Shown: in pieces, positions 1 through 7,252 of the stretch
Layout: each line of letters begins with the position of its first letter
How positions within the stretch are numbered: the stretch's first letter is position 1
Origin: a virus
Lineage: Duplodnaviria; Caudoviricetes
IMG/VR virus record: IMGVR_UViG_3300017716_002706
Coordinates: 1 to 37,099 of that record
Direction: 5' to 3' (one strand)
DNA: 37,099 bases
The notes under the pieces: generated by a model
What the model saw: the letters and a program-made list of their open reading frames with translations, nothing else
The model's database searches: none
What the model was told of the DNA's origin: nothing
Program-made: the position numbers and the translations under genes

Positions 1-50
1 GCGGCCGCCGCACGGGCCGCCGCAGGGGCCGCATGGGACGCCGCATGGGA
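1..50 (+). repeat. Terminal direct overlap (copy 1), assembly circularisation point
   Basis: 1-50 (gcggccgccgcacggg...gccgcatggga) is identical to 37047-37096 and the reading frame is preserved across the join. Confidence 0.85.
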
Positions 51-207
51 CGCCGCAGGGGCCGCCGCACGGGCCGCCGCACGGGCCGCCGCAGGGGCCG
101 CCGCATGGGACGCCGCATGGGACGCCGCATGGGACGCCGCAGGGGCCGCCGCATGGGCCGCACGGGCCGCCGCAGGGGCCGCCGCAGGGGCCGCCGCACG
201 GGCCGCA
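1..207 (+). repeat. Coding minisatellite of 9- and 12-bp units [g(c/a)c gcc gca Ngg], second half
   Basis: Units visible directly in the sequence; the array continues from 36838-37096. Confidence 0.95.
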
Positions 208-294
208 TTGAAGCCGACTACCGCCATCTTACAGGAATCCGCTGTCGACATGGTCATCCGTATGTGCGCCTTGAAAGACGAGGCCTTCCAATGA
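1..294 (+). CDS. C-terminal part of the Ala/Trp-repeat (AAWD) protein, continuing from 36396 across the circular junction
   Basis: Frame 1 reads AAAARAAAGAAWDAAWDAAG...RAALKPTTAILQESAVDMVIRMCALKDEAFQ*. Stop TGA at 292-294 overlaps the ATG at 291. Missing from the ORF track because it has no start in the linear window. Confidence 0.85.
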   Translation, partial: AAAARAAAGAAWDAAWDAAGAAARAAARAAAGAAAWDAAWDAAWDAAGAAAWAARAAAGAAAGAAARAALKPTTAILQESAVDMVIRMCALKDEAFQ

Positions 295-584
295 CGACTG
301 AAAGTGTGGGGCATACGAAGGCAACAGGCTGGGAACCGGGTGGACTTCATGTTCAGGACGCTTTGCGAAGCCTTACGAAAGCCGAGCGCCGTTACGTTGA
401 AGCCGGATACATTGGCGATGTGACGCCGGGCGTGCTGCGAAGCTTGAGAGAAAAGGCGATGTTCTATTTGCAGATCGACAGCCCCAACGGGCGGTGCGGT
501 TCCATGCGCCTTACCCCTCTAGGCGTGAATGTCCGCGCACTCATTCTCGCGCGCGCCACGGGGGCCACCTCCCATGCAGAATGA
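291..584 (+). CDS. Hypothetical protein (97 aa), possibly winged-helix-like
   Basis: ATGA coupling to the upstream stop; MTTESVGH...LTPLG... The Arg-rich N-terminal extension in the ORF track is a shadow of the repeat. Confidence 0.7.
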   Translation: MTTESVGHTKATGWEPGGLHVQDALRSLTKAERRYVEAGYIGDVTPGVLRSLREKAMFYLQIDSPNGRCGSMRLTPLGVNVRALILARATGATSHAE

Positions 585-792
585 TCTGGAAGAACTGGAG
601 CGGGTGGCGCTGCGAGATCGGTTCGCGATGGCGGCGCTAACAGGGCTTATCGCGTCTGAGGACTATGGACAGGGGCAAAACTTCTATTGTGGCCGGGGTG
701 GCGAGGAACTTGCATCTGTCCGCGCCTACAGTCTTGCCGACGCCATGCTCAAAGCCCGTGCCTCTCTTTCCCCTATGGAAGAACAATCATGA
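574..792 (+). CDS. Conserved small phage hypothetical protein (72 aa)
   Basis: LRDRFAMAALTGL...AYSLADAMLKAR motif pair, typical of a widespread family of small phage early proteins. Confidence 0.8.
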   Translation: MQNDLEELERVALRDRFAMAALTGLIASEDYGQGQNFYCGRGGEELASVRAYSLADAMLKARASLSPMEEQS

Positions 793-1568
793 CCGACCAT
801 ACGGACAAGACGGCCCCGGAAGGGGAGTGGATCGAATGGGCAGGCGGGGAGAACCCGGTGCCGGGGCGGGTTGTTGACGCCGACTTGGGAATGGCGGTCC
901 TCATCAACTGCCTGTCCGACATCGCTGGCACCGACGCCGACATCATCGCCTACCGCCTCATCACCCCGAAACCCGCCACCACTGAGTTATCCAAGAATCT
1001 TGGAGAACTGAACCCCGCCCCGGCCGAGGGGGTGGGGGAGCGAGAGAAGCTGATTGATGACCTCCGCCATGTCTATTCGCAGATGACCCCGAGCGGCCTT
1101 GAGCGAATGGACAGCGACGGCGCGGCGTTCATCATTGAGCGGGCCATCAAGTTCCTCGCCGCCCTCTCCCCATCCCCAGGCGCAGAGCTTTCGCGACCGA
1201 TTACATTTCAAGACGTGCGGCTTGCGGTAGGCGAGGGCAAGCTGACCGCCACCGACGTTCTGGCCGGTGTGAACGCTGAACTGCGCCGTCGCGCCGCCCT
1301 CTCCCCATCCCCGGTGGAGAAGCTGGTCGAGGCGTTGGAGCGACAGTGCGATAACATGGCGTTCGTCGTGAACCACGCGCCGATTATCCAGCCGTGGTAT
1401 GACAAGTTCTCCTCTGAGCTTGAGGAGGACCGCCAATCCCTCGCCGCAGCCCGCCAGACGGGAGAGGAGGACATCCACGCGGCGATACTGGTCGCGCTGT
1501 CCGCTCTAGGTATAGGCCTGATCGCCGCCGTCATCATGTCTTTCGTTTTTATGGGAGCCGGATTGTGA
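789..1568 (+). CDS. Mosaic hypothetical protein (259 aa) with C-terminal transmembrane helix
   Basis: ATGA coupling at 789; N-terminal WIEWAGGENPV...DIIAYR segment; AALSPSP occurs twice; hydrophobic C-terminus. Confidence 0.75.
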   Translation: MTDHTDKTAPEGEWIEWAGGENPVPGRVVDADLGMAVLINCLSDIAGTDADIIAYRLITPKPATTELSKNLGELNPAPAEGVGEREKLIDDLRHVYSQMTPSGLERMDSDGAAFIIERAIKFLAALSPSPGAELSRPITFQDVRLAVGEGKLTATDVLAGVNAELRRRAALSPSPVEKLVEALERQCDNMAFVVNHAPIIQPWYDKFSSELEEDRQSLAAARQTGEEDIHAAILVALSALGIGLIAAVIMSFVFMGAGL

Positions 1569-1596
1569 CCCGCCAATCCCGTGAAGGAGCATACCA

Positions 1597-2196
1597 ATGA
1601 CGAACACAGACCGGGAGCCTGTGGCTTGGGGCGTGATCTGGCCGGATGCGCCCGATCCGTCGCCGGGTTTTCATGATGCCACCGTTAGCAGGAACGCGGC
1701 TGACCAGTTTGTAGAGGACGGCGCGACCATCGTTCCGTTGTCAGCAGCCCCGCCCCCTACCGCTCCTACAGAAATCGCCGTGAACCGTTGCCAGCTTTGC
1801 GGGGGCGAGATTCAGGGGTGGATGTGTCAGTCATGCCCCGCCACGTTCAGCGAGAACGAGGACGGATGGCTGGTCCTTGATCCTCGCCCCGCTCTTACGC
1901 CGTCCGACGGCGAGCCGTTCATGTGGGGTGCGGAATGGGAGGGAGGATGCGGCCGAATGTTTCGCGAGGCCTATCGCACCGAGGAAGACGCCCGTCGTGA
2001 AGCCGAGCATTTGAATGGCCGCGCATTCCCGTTGTTTAGACGCGCGGGGTTGGCTCCTACAGTGGAGGAGGTGGCTCGGGTGATCGTGGACTTTTCCGAT
2101 TTGGCAGACATCGTTCATGCCGATCCAGCCTATGCCGTGATCGCTGCCGACCGTCTCGCCGCCCGTATCATCGAACTGTTTCAGGGGAAGGCGTGA
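1597..2196 (+). CDS. Hypothetical protein (199 aa) with a CxxC...CxxC zinc-ribbon-like motif
   Basis: AAGGAG RBS; EPVAW start motif; CQLCGGEIQGWMCQSC. Confidence 0.75.
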   Translation: MTNTDREPVAWGVIWPDAPDPSPGFHDATVSRNAADQFVEDGATIVPLSAAPPPTAPTEIAVNRCQLCGGEIQGWMCQSCPATFSENEDGWLVLDPRPALTPSDGEPFMWGAEWEGGCGRMFREAYRTEEDARREAEHLNGRAFPLFRRAGLAPTVEEVARVIVDFSDLADIVHADPAYAVIAADRLAARIIELFQGKA

Positions 2197-2630
2197 TGAT
2201 CCCCCTGATCCTTGCCATGCAAGCGGTCCTCGTCGGCCAATACGCCCCCCACGATGGCGACTCCGGCAGGCTTCGGCTCACGGACGGGTCTGCCGTCTCG
2301 ATCCGCCTCGCGGGCGTCGACGCCGGAGAGGTCGCACCATTCACCCGGTGCCGGACGCATCCGGGAACCTGGGCCTGTTCTCCCGTCGCCCGTGCGAGCG
2401 CATCCGCCGCGACCGCACGCGCCCGTCAGTTGGCCTCGGCCGGGGCGCGGTGCGTCGACACCGGCCAGAGGTCATGGGACCGGCTCGTTGTCCGCTGCAC
2501 GGTCAACGGCCGCGATCTGGGGGCCATCCTCGTTCGAGAGGGCTGGGCTATCTCGGCACCTGATTTCGGAGATCCATACGCGGCTGAACAGAGGGCGGCC
2601 CAGCGGGACAGGCTGGGGGTGTGGAGGTGA
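2193..2630 (+). CDS. Thermonuclease (staphylococcal nuclease-like) family protein
   Basis: DGDS, IRLAGVDAGE, DRLVVRC, DLGAILVREGWA and A..DRLGVW match the SNase fold motifs. Confidence 0.85.
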   Translation: MMIPLILAMQAVLVGQYAPHDGDSGRLRLTDGSAVSIRLAGVDAGEVAPFTRCRTHPGTWACSPVARASASAATARARQLASAGARCVDTGQRSWDRLVVRCTVNGRDLGAILVREGWAISAPDFGDPYAAEQRAAQRDRLGVWR

Positions 2631-2815
2631 GCCGTCCATCCGTCTCCAAAGCCGTGAAGGCCATTCAGGCGCTCGGGTTGAGCGTGGTCGAGGTCGTCGT
2701 CGCCCCTGACGGCACGGTGCGGGTCTTGACGGCCCCGGCCAACATGAATGCAGATGACGAACTGGAAGCCGCGAGGGAGCGCCGCCGTGCGCGCAAGGTT
2801 GATCGGGCTGCATAA
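2627..2815 (+). CDS. Putative excisionase/recombination directionality factor (62 aa)
   Basis: Small ORF with GTGA coupling and a basic C-terminus, overlapping the integrase start. Call rests mainly on position. Confidence 0.55.
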   Translation: MSRPSVSKAVKAIQALGLSVVEVVVAPDGTVRVLTAPANMNADDELEAARERRRARKVDRAA

Positions 2816-3887
2816 GGCCACGAAGCGGCTCGCCGGGGGCAAGGTCGCCGTTTACGCCTATGCCTTTCGGGGCGGCCCGTTGGTGGCCCGTGGAGACGGC
2901 AGAGACCTCGCCAGCGCCAACGTCGCCCTGGAGCGCGCCTTGGGCACCCCTGCGGCACTGGAGGCCGTCCAGAAGGCCCGCAGGCCTATCCGGCAGACCG
3001 ACGACCGCAAATACGTCCGGGGCCTGATCTACGCCTTCAGGGCCTCCCCAGAGTGGGCCAAACTGGGGGACAGCAGCAAGGTCGAATACACCCGCTACCT
3101 GAACGCCTTCGACGCCGAATTCGGGGACTGGAGAGTCAGTCTGTTCGAGAGCGCAGAGGCCAAGGTCGATCTGCTGGACTGGCGCGACGAATGGGCCGAC
3201 CGCCCGCGCGCCGCCGACTACGCGATGGCATCCGTTGGCCGGCTCTTTAGCTGGGCGAGAGGCAGAGGCCTTTCCACTGCCCGTCCGACCGAAGACGTCG
3301 AGCGGCTTCATGACGCCGACCGATCGGACATCATCTGGACCGACGATGACCTGACCGCGATCCTCGCCACGGCCAGCAAGGAGGTCGGCTGGGCAATCCG
3401 GTTCGCCGCCGAGACCGGCCTTCGGCTCGGGGATCTGATCCGGGTGCCATGGAATGCCGTGGGGCAGCAGGGCATCGTTTGGAGGACCGGGAAACGGAAG
3501 CGCCAGGTTGTCGTTCCCCTGACGCCCGGAGCCCGCTCGCTTCTCAAGGAAATGCCGACCCGCGCCCTGACCGTTTTGGCGAACAGCCGGGGCGACCCGT
3601 GGACGCCAGACGGGCTGAAGCACATGATCCGCGCGGCCCGGATCGAGGCAGGCATCACCGGCCTGCGCCTTCACGATCTCCGGGGCACGGCGGCGACGCG
3701 GCTCTTTCTGGCAGGCTCGCCGAAGCGTGACATTGCGACCATCATGGCGTGGAAAGAGGAGACGGTGGACGCCCTTTTGACTAAGTATGTCAGCGGCGAT
3801 GCCGTGGCCCTTGACCTCTTGTCGCGAATGAACCAGAAACCCGCTCCGCAAACCGACGACAAACCGGTTCCAGCGGCAAAGACATAA
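2787..3887 (+). CDS. int: Tyrosine recombinase/phage integrase
   Basis: ETGLRLGDL (catalytic R), TGK, HDLRGT (HxxR), MAW and KY (catalytic Tyr). GTG start at 2787 after GGGAG; alternative ATG at 2748. Confidence 0.95.
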   Translation: MRARLIGLHKATKRLAGGKVAVYAYAFRGGPLVARGDGRDLASANVALERALGTPAALEAVQKARRPIRQTDDRKYVRGLIYAFRASPEWAKLGDSSKVEYTRYLNAFDAEFGDWRVSLFESAEAKVDLLDWRDEWADRPRAADYAMASVGRLFSWARGRGLSTARPTEDVERLHDADRSDIIWTDDDLTAILATASKEVGWAIRFAAETGLRLGDLIRVPWNAVGQQGIVWRTGKRKRQVVVPLTPGARSLLKEMPTRALTVLANSRGDPWTPDGLKHMIRAARIEAGITGLRLHDLRGTAATRLFLAGSPKRDIATIMAWKEETVDALLTKYVSGDAVALDLLSRMNQKPAPQTDDKPVPAAKT

Positions 3888-4040
3888 GTCTTTGAATATA
3901 GACGGCGCGTCCTTAGCTCAGTTGGTTAGAGCATCTGACTTTTAATCTGGCGGTCTTGTTGTTTCCACTGGCGAAACTTCACAAACCGGCCGATTTCCCT
4001 AATGAATGATTTCAGTTGCTTACGCGCTGGCAGCAAACCG
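3849..4040. other. attP: tRNA-derived core, four CAAACCG arm-type repeats and two IHF-like sites
   Basis: CAAACCG at 3849, 3860, 3982 and 4034 flanks the core at 3907-3947. IHF-consensus-like sites at 3885-3897 (- strand ATTCAAAGACTTA) and 4010-4022 (TTTCAGTTGCTTA). Lies directly downstream of int. Confidence 0.75.
3907..3947 (+). tRNA. 5' fragment of tRNA-Lys(UUU) (att core, not a complete tRNA)
   Basis: GCGTCCT-TA-GCTC-AGTTGGTTA-GAGC-A-TCTGA-CTTTTAA-TC gives acceptor 5' strand, D-arm and anticodon TTT at 3941-3943. No GTTCRA T-loop and no AGGACGC acceptor 3' strand follow. Confidence 0.85.
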
Positions 4041-4050
4041 CGTGGCCCCA

Positions 4051-4095
4051 GAAACGACGAAAGCCCCGGCCACCCCGTGAAGGGCGACCGGGGCT
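4051..4095 (-). terminator. Intrinsic terminator of the late/lysis operon, possibly bidirectional
   Basis: AGCCCCGG(4062-4069)...CCGGGGCT(4088-4095) stem. On the - strand it is followed by TTCGTCGTTTC; 25 nt downstream of the last late gene. Confidence 0.75.
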
Positions 4096-4119
4096 GATTA
4101 TATGGGGCCGACGAAAGGG

Positions 4120-5328
4120 TCAGGCCGCGAGACGGTCTAGCCTGCCCAACGAACAGGTATGGCGCTCAACCTCGCCGTCGATCCGGTGAAACGTGATGGC
4201 CTCCATCGAGCGTTTCGACCGATAGCCCGCGCCGTGTGACCAGATGTCGGGCGCTGCCAGGGTCCGGCAGTATTCAACCGTGACCCCGGCGTGATCCTTG
4301 ATGTCCTTGTGGTGGACGTGGCCGACGAACCAGACCCGAGACCCATGCTCTGACGCAAGCCACAGGGCGGGCGCATCGACAGCCATCAGCAAGGGGAGGT
4401 TTGCGCCCTTGGCTCCGTCCCCGTGCGTGGTCCCGATCAGGTTGGAGCCGAAACCGTGGAACCAGTAGGGGTTCGTGCTGGCTGCGATCTTCACGCGCGG
4501 CTCGTTCTCGTAGATCGCCGCCATCATTTCGGAAAGCATCATGGCCGTGATGCTGTTGTGGTTGCCGGGGTTCTCCCGATAGGTGACGTGGCTGTGCTTC
4601 TCCAGCAGGCGCGCTATCCGATAGCGCTTGCACCGGACGACGACACGGACGACCTCGCCGTGCCTGCCGTGGGTGTCGAGATGGTGCCCGGACTTCGTGC
4701 GGCTGGCGTTGTTGTCGGCGTGGAGGCTGTCGCCAAGGTCGATGTAGAGCGCGTAAGCTGACGGCGGGGTAGAGGATATGAGCCGGTCCGTTGCCGCCTT
4801 GTGGATGCGCTCATACTCCACCAGGTCGAACGCCTGACCCGTTTCGGCGACCCACGAATAGAGCCCGGCGTGGCCGTCTCCCTCGGGATAGACCGTCAGC
4901 ATGTCATCGTCTGAATAGATGGGGGGAGGCGAAGGCAGGACGCGGGGGAGGTCCGCCAGCATCACCTCGCGCATGGCGGCGAGGCGCTCGGCATCGGCCT
5001 CGGCGTCCGGGCTCTGCCGTTCCCAGACCCGCTCTACGCCAGCCGGGCCGCGCTGGACCGTGACCTTGCCCATCCGGTAGCCGGGGGCGACGCCGTCGTT
5101 CCAGTGGCCGGGGGCATGGCCTAGGCGGGCGGCGCGCTTGCGGACGCGGGTCAGCGCCTCCGAAACTGAACTCTGTGTGCACCCAAGGGCGGCGGCGGCG
5201 GCATATTGCGTGCCGTGGGCGGCCATGGCGTCGAGGTATTTGATGTCAGAGGGCGTGGCGTGGTCACGCAGGTTCGGGTCTTCCCACCACGCCCCGACAT
5301 GGGGATCGGGGGTGAAGGACAGCGGCAT
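4120..5328 (-). CDS. N-terminal HTH plus calcineurin-like metallophosphoesterase (402 aa)
   Basis: TQYAAAAALGCTQSSVSEAL (HTH); metal-binding motifs GDGH, DLGD, GNHN, HGD and GHVH; TAATG coupling to the upstream gene. Confidence 0.85.
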   Translation of the reverse strand: MPLSFTPDPHVGAWWEDPNLRDHATPSDIKYLDAMAAHGTQYAAAAALGCTQSSVSEALTRVRKRAARLGHAPGHWNDGVAPGYRMGKVTVQRGPAGVERVWERQSPDAEADAERLAAMREVMLADLPRVLPSPPPIYSDDDMLTVYPEGDGHAGLYSWVAETGQAFDLVEYERIHKAATDRLISSTPPSAYALYIDLGDSLHADNNASRTKSGHHLDTHGRHGEVVRVVVRCKRYRIARLLEKHSHVTYRENPGNHNSITAMMLSEMMAAIYENEPRVKIAASTNPYWFHGFGSNLIGTTHGDGAKGANLPLLMAVDAPALWLASEHGSRVWFVGHVHHKDIKDHAGVTVEYCRTLAAPDIWSHGAGYRSKRSMEAITFHRIDGEVERHTCSLGRLDRLAA

Positions 5329-5648
5329 TACCACACCTTCCAGAACGGCTTGGGCGCTTGGGTCTGTCGCCACCGGTCCTGTAGCTCTCGCTCGCTTAGA
5401 AGCGTCTGGACGGCCAAGTCACGGGCGGCGTCGCATTGGACCACGGCGGACCCGCGAAGGGCATAGGCGGCCTCTAAATCGGCCTCCGTGGGGGTATCTG
5501 GTAGCGTGGGGAGTTTGCAGGTGTCAGTCGCCAGCCGGGGCAGGGTCAACCGGGGCGGATTGACAGACACCGGGCCGGGTGTCGCACAAGCGGCGGTCGA
5601 GGTCGCGAAGGCGAGCAGCGCGGCCAGCCTCAAGAGGTTCGTTCGCAT
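5328..5648 (-). CDS. Rz1-like outer-membrane spanin (lipoprotein)
   Basis: Signal peptide with lipobox TAAC, Pro-rich mature region, overlaps the 3' end of the Rz-like gene. Confidence 0.8.
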   Translation of the reverse strand: MRTNLLRLAALLAFATSTAACATPGPVSVNPPRLTLPRLATDTCKLPTLPDTPTEADLEAAYALRGSAVVQCDAARDLAVQTLLSERELQDRWRQTQAPKPFWKVW

Positions 5649-5934
5649 CGGTGGCGTTCCTTGCATTGGAGACGGCTTCGGCGGTGATGGCGTTGAGATC
5701 GATAGTCAGACGGCCGGCGCTTTCGATCCGGGTGATCTGTTCGGCTTGGCCTTCGGATTCCAGGGTCCGCGCATCGGCTTCGGATTGCGCGGTCGCGGCC
5801 TCGCGCTCGAGCCGTTCGATCTTGCGGGCCTTGAAGCCGAAGGGGTCCTGAACGAACCCGATCACGGCCAGCGCGGCGATGATGCAGACGACGGCGATGA
5901 AGGCCGTCCAGAGAAGGCGGGGGGAGGGGGTCAC
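5524..5934 (-). CDS. Rz-like inner-membrane spanin
   Basis: GTGA coupling to the endolysin stop; one N-terminal TM helix followed by an Ala/Glu/Arg coiled coil. Confidence 0.8.
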   Translation of the reverse strand: MTPSPRLLWTAFIAVVCIIAALAVIGFVQDPFGFKARKIERLEREAATAQSEADARTLESEGQAEQITRIESAGRLTIDLNAITAEAVSNARNATDANEPLEAGRAARLRDLDRRLCDTRPGVCQSAPVDPAPAGD

Positions 5935-6461
5935 CGCACCCGCGCCCATTCGTCGGCAAGGGTGGACACCTCGGCCAGCCGACGAAGCCAGCCACGGCCG
6001 AAGGTGTCGAAAGTGGCCAGCGACCGGAAGAACCGCTCGCGACGATTGCGGAGGCGCAGCACGATCTCGGCCGGGGGAAGGGCGCGGACGTTCGCCAGCG
6101 TGGCGGGTCCGAATGCCCCGTCCGGCTCGGCATTGACGGCGGACTGGAGGAACTTCACCGCCCGGCCCGGCCCGCTGTTCACGGCGAGATCGAACACCAT
6201 GAGATCGACCCCGGCAGGGAGGTCGCCGCAACGCGCCTTGTCCCAATACCCGGCCTTGTAGATGGCCTTCAGGTCGGCGTCCGAAATGGCTCGGAGTTCA
6301 GCCTTCGTGGCCGGCCGCCCCTTGAACTCTCGAAACACCGCGAGGGTGACGCCCTTCATCGTGGCCCCGCCTGGGTCTTTCGGATGGTCCGCCCAGCCCC
6401 CTTCATGGTGCAGGGTTTCGGTCAGGCACCGCTCAAAGCGGGCCGTTTCGGATAGCGCCAT
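5931..6461 (-). CDS. Endolysin, glycoside hydrolase family 108 with C-terminal peptidoglycan-binding domain
   Basis: HEGGWADHPKDPGGATMKGVT, FDLAVNSGPGRA, DGAFGPATL and FGRGWLRR. Confidence 0.93.
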   Translation of the reverse strand: MALSETARFERCLTETLHHEGGWADHPKDPGGATMKGVTLAVFREFKGRPATKAELRAISDADLKAIYKAGYWDKARCGDLPAGVDLMVFDLAVNSGPGRAVKFLQSAVNAEPDGAFGPATLANVRALPPAEIVLRLRNRRERFFRSLATFDTFGRGWLRRLAEVSTLADEWARVR

Positions 6462-6475
6462 GACGGCCTCCGGTG

Positions 6476-6754
6476 CTATGTTTCGGGGTCTTTCGGGGGC
6501 GCTTGAAAGCCCCTCACGATGGCCGCAGACTGGACAATCCGGGCAAGGTCAACGGCCGACGCGCCGCCCATGTAGAGAAGGGCGTAGACGACGGATTCCA
6601 GCAGCAAGGCCAGAGCGACCCACATCAAGGGCCGGGCTTCCACCAGTTTGAAGATGACCCAGCCGACAAGGATATGAACCACGATCAACACGGCGATGGT
6701 CACGCCCCGCCGCCAGCCGAAACCGGGCTCGGGGAGGGGGTCTTGATCGATCAT
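6476..6754 (-). CDS. Putative holin (2 TM helices)
   Basis: Two hydrophobic helices and a charged C-terminus; immediately upstream of the endolysin. Confidence 0.65.
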   Translation of the reverse strand: MIDQDPLPEPGFGWRRGVTIAVLIVVHILVGWVIFKLVEARPLMWVALALLLESVVYALLYMGGASAVDLARIVQSAAIVRGFQAPPKDPET

Positions 6755-7008
6755 TCCGCGACCTTTCGGCGACGGGTCGGCGCGGGCTCAACTGGCCATT
6801 GCAGCCGGGCCGTCAGGTCGTCGATCGATTTGGTCATGTGCCGAATGTCGGACTTCATCTCGGCCACGTCCGACACGAGGGCCGACACCGAGTCGTGGCC
6901 CTTCTCAACGGTCGCGACCCGTTGGAACAGCCTTCCCATGGCGAAGGCTATCACCACGGTTTGAACCACGCTGAAGGTAGCTATGGCGATCCAGGCAGAG
7001 GCATTCAT
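6751..7008 (-). CDS. Single-TM coiled-coil membrane protein (holin/antiholin-associated)
   Basis: N-terminal TM, heptad region VAEMKSDIRHMTKSIDDL, basic tail; first gene of the lysis cassette; GGAG RBS. Confidence 0.7.
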   Translation of the reverse strand: MNASAWIAIATFSVVQTVVIAFAMGRLFQRVATVEKGHDSVSALVSDVAEMKSDIRHMTKSIDDLTARLQWPVEPAPTRRRKVAE

Positions 7009-7056
7009 GTGGCGCTCCGGGCGTCAGATGTGGTGTGGGTCGCCTTGGCAACATGA

Positions 7057-7089
7057 CGGAACCCCGTGACCACGCGGCCACGGGGTCCG
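7057..7089 (-). terminator. Strong hairpin between tail genes and lysis cassette (terminator or attenuator)
   Basis: - strand ACCCCGTGGCC-GCGT-GGTCACGGGGT; the U-tract is weak. Confidence 0.5.
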
Positions 7090-7094
7090 GAGGT

Positions 7095-7241
7095 CTATGC
7101 GTTGTGCTGGTTCAGCGACTTGATGACGCCTCGCTCAACAAGCGCGCTCTCCTTGGAGTAGTCATCCAGCTCGATCTCATCCCCAATGGCGGAGCCCTCG
7201 GGAAGGTCGGGATGCTCGTTCAGGATTTCATATTTCCGCAT
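7095..7241 (-). CDS. Small acidic hypothetical protein (48 aa), absent from the ORF track
   Basis: TAAGGAAAAAGACC-ATG; MRKYEILNEHPDLPEGSAIGDEIELDDYSKESALVERGVIKSLNQHNA*; fills the gap in the operon. Confidence 0.7.
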   Translation of the reverse strand: MRKYEILNEHPDLPEGSAIGDEIELDDYSKESALVERGVIKSLNQHNA

Positions 7242-7252
7242 GGTCTTTTTCC

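Noticed and set aside
33-290. Arg-rich protamine-like frame (MGRRMGRRRGRR...) fused to the 291-584 ORF
   Set aside because: Shadow frame of the stop-free GC repeat. The Ala/Trp frame has a proper start, a globular domain and coupled junctions, and the ORF at 291 has its own coupled ATG.
2472-3851. 459-aa minus-strand ORF opposite the integrase
   Set aside because: Antisense shadow typical of high-GC coding DNA; no recognisable motifs.
3907-3985. Complete phage-encoded tRNA-Lys
   Set aside because: No T-loop consensus, no complementary acceptor 3' strand and a mismatch in the anticodon stem; treated as an att core fragment.
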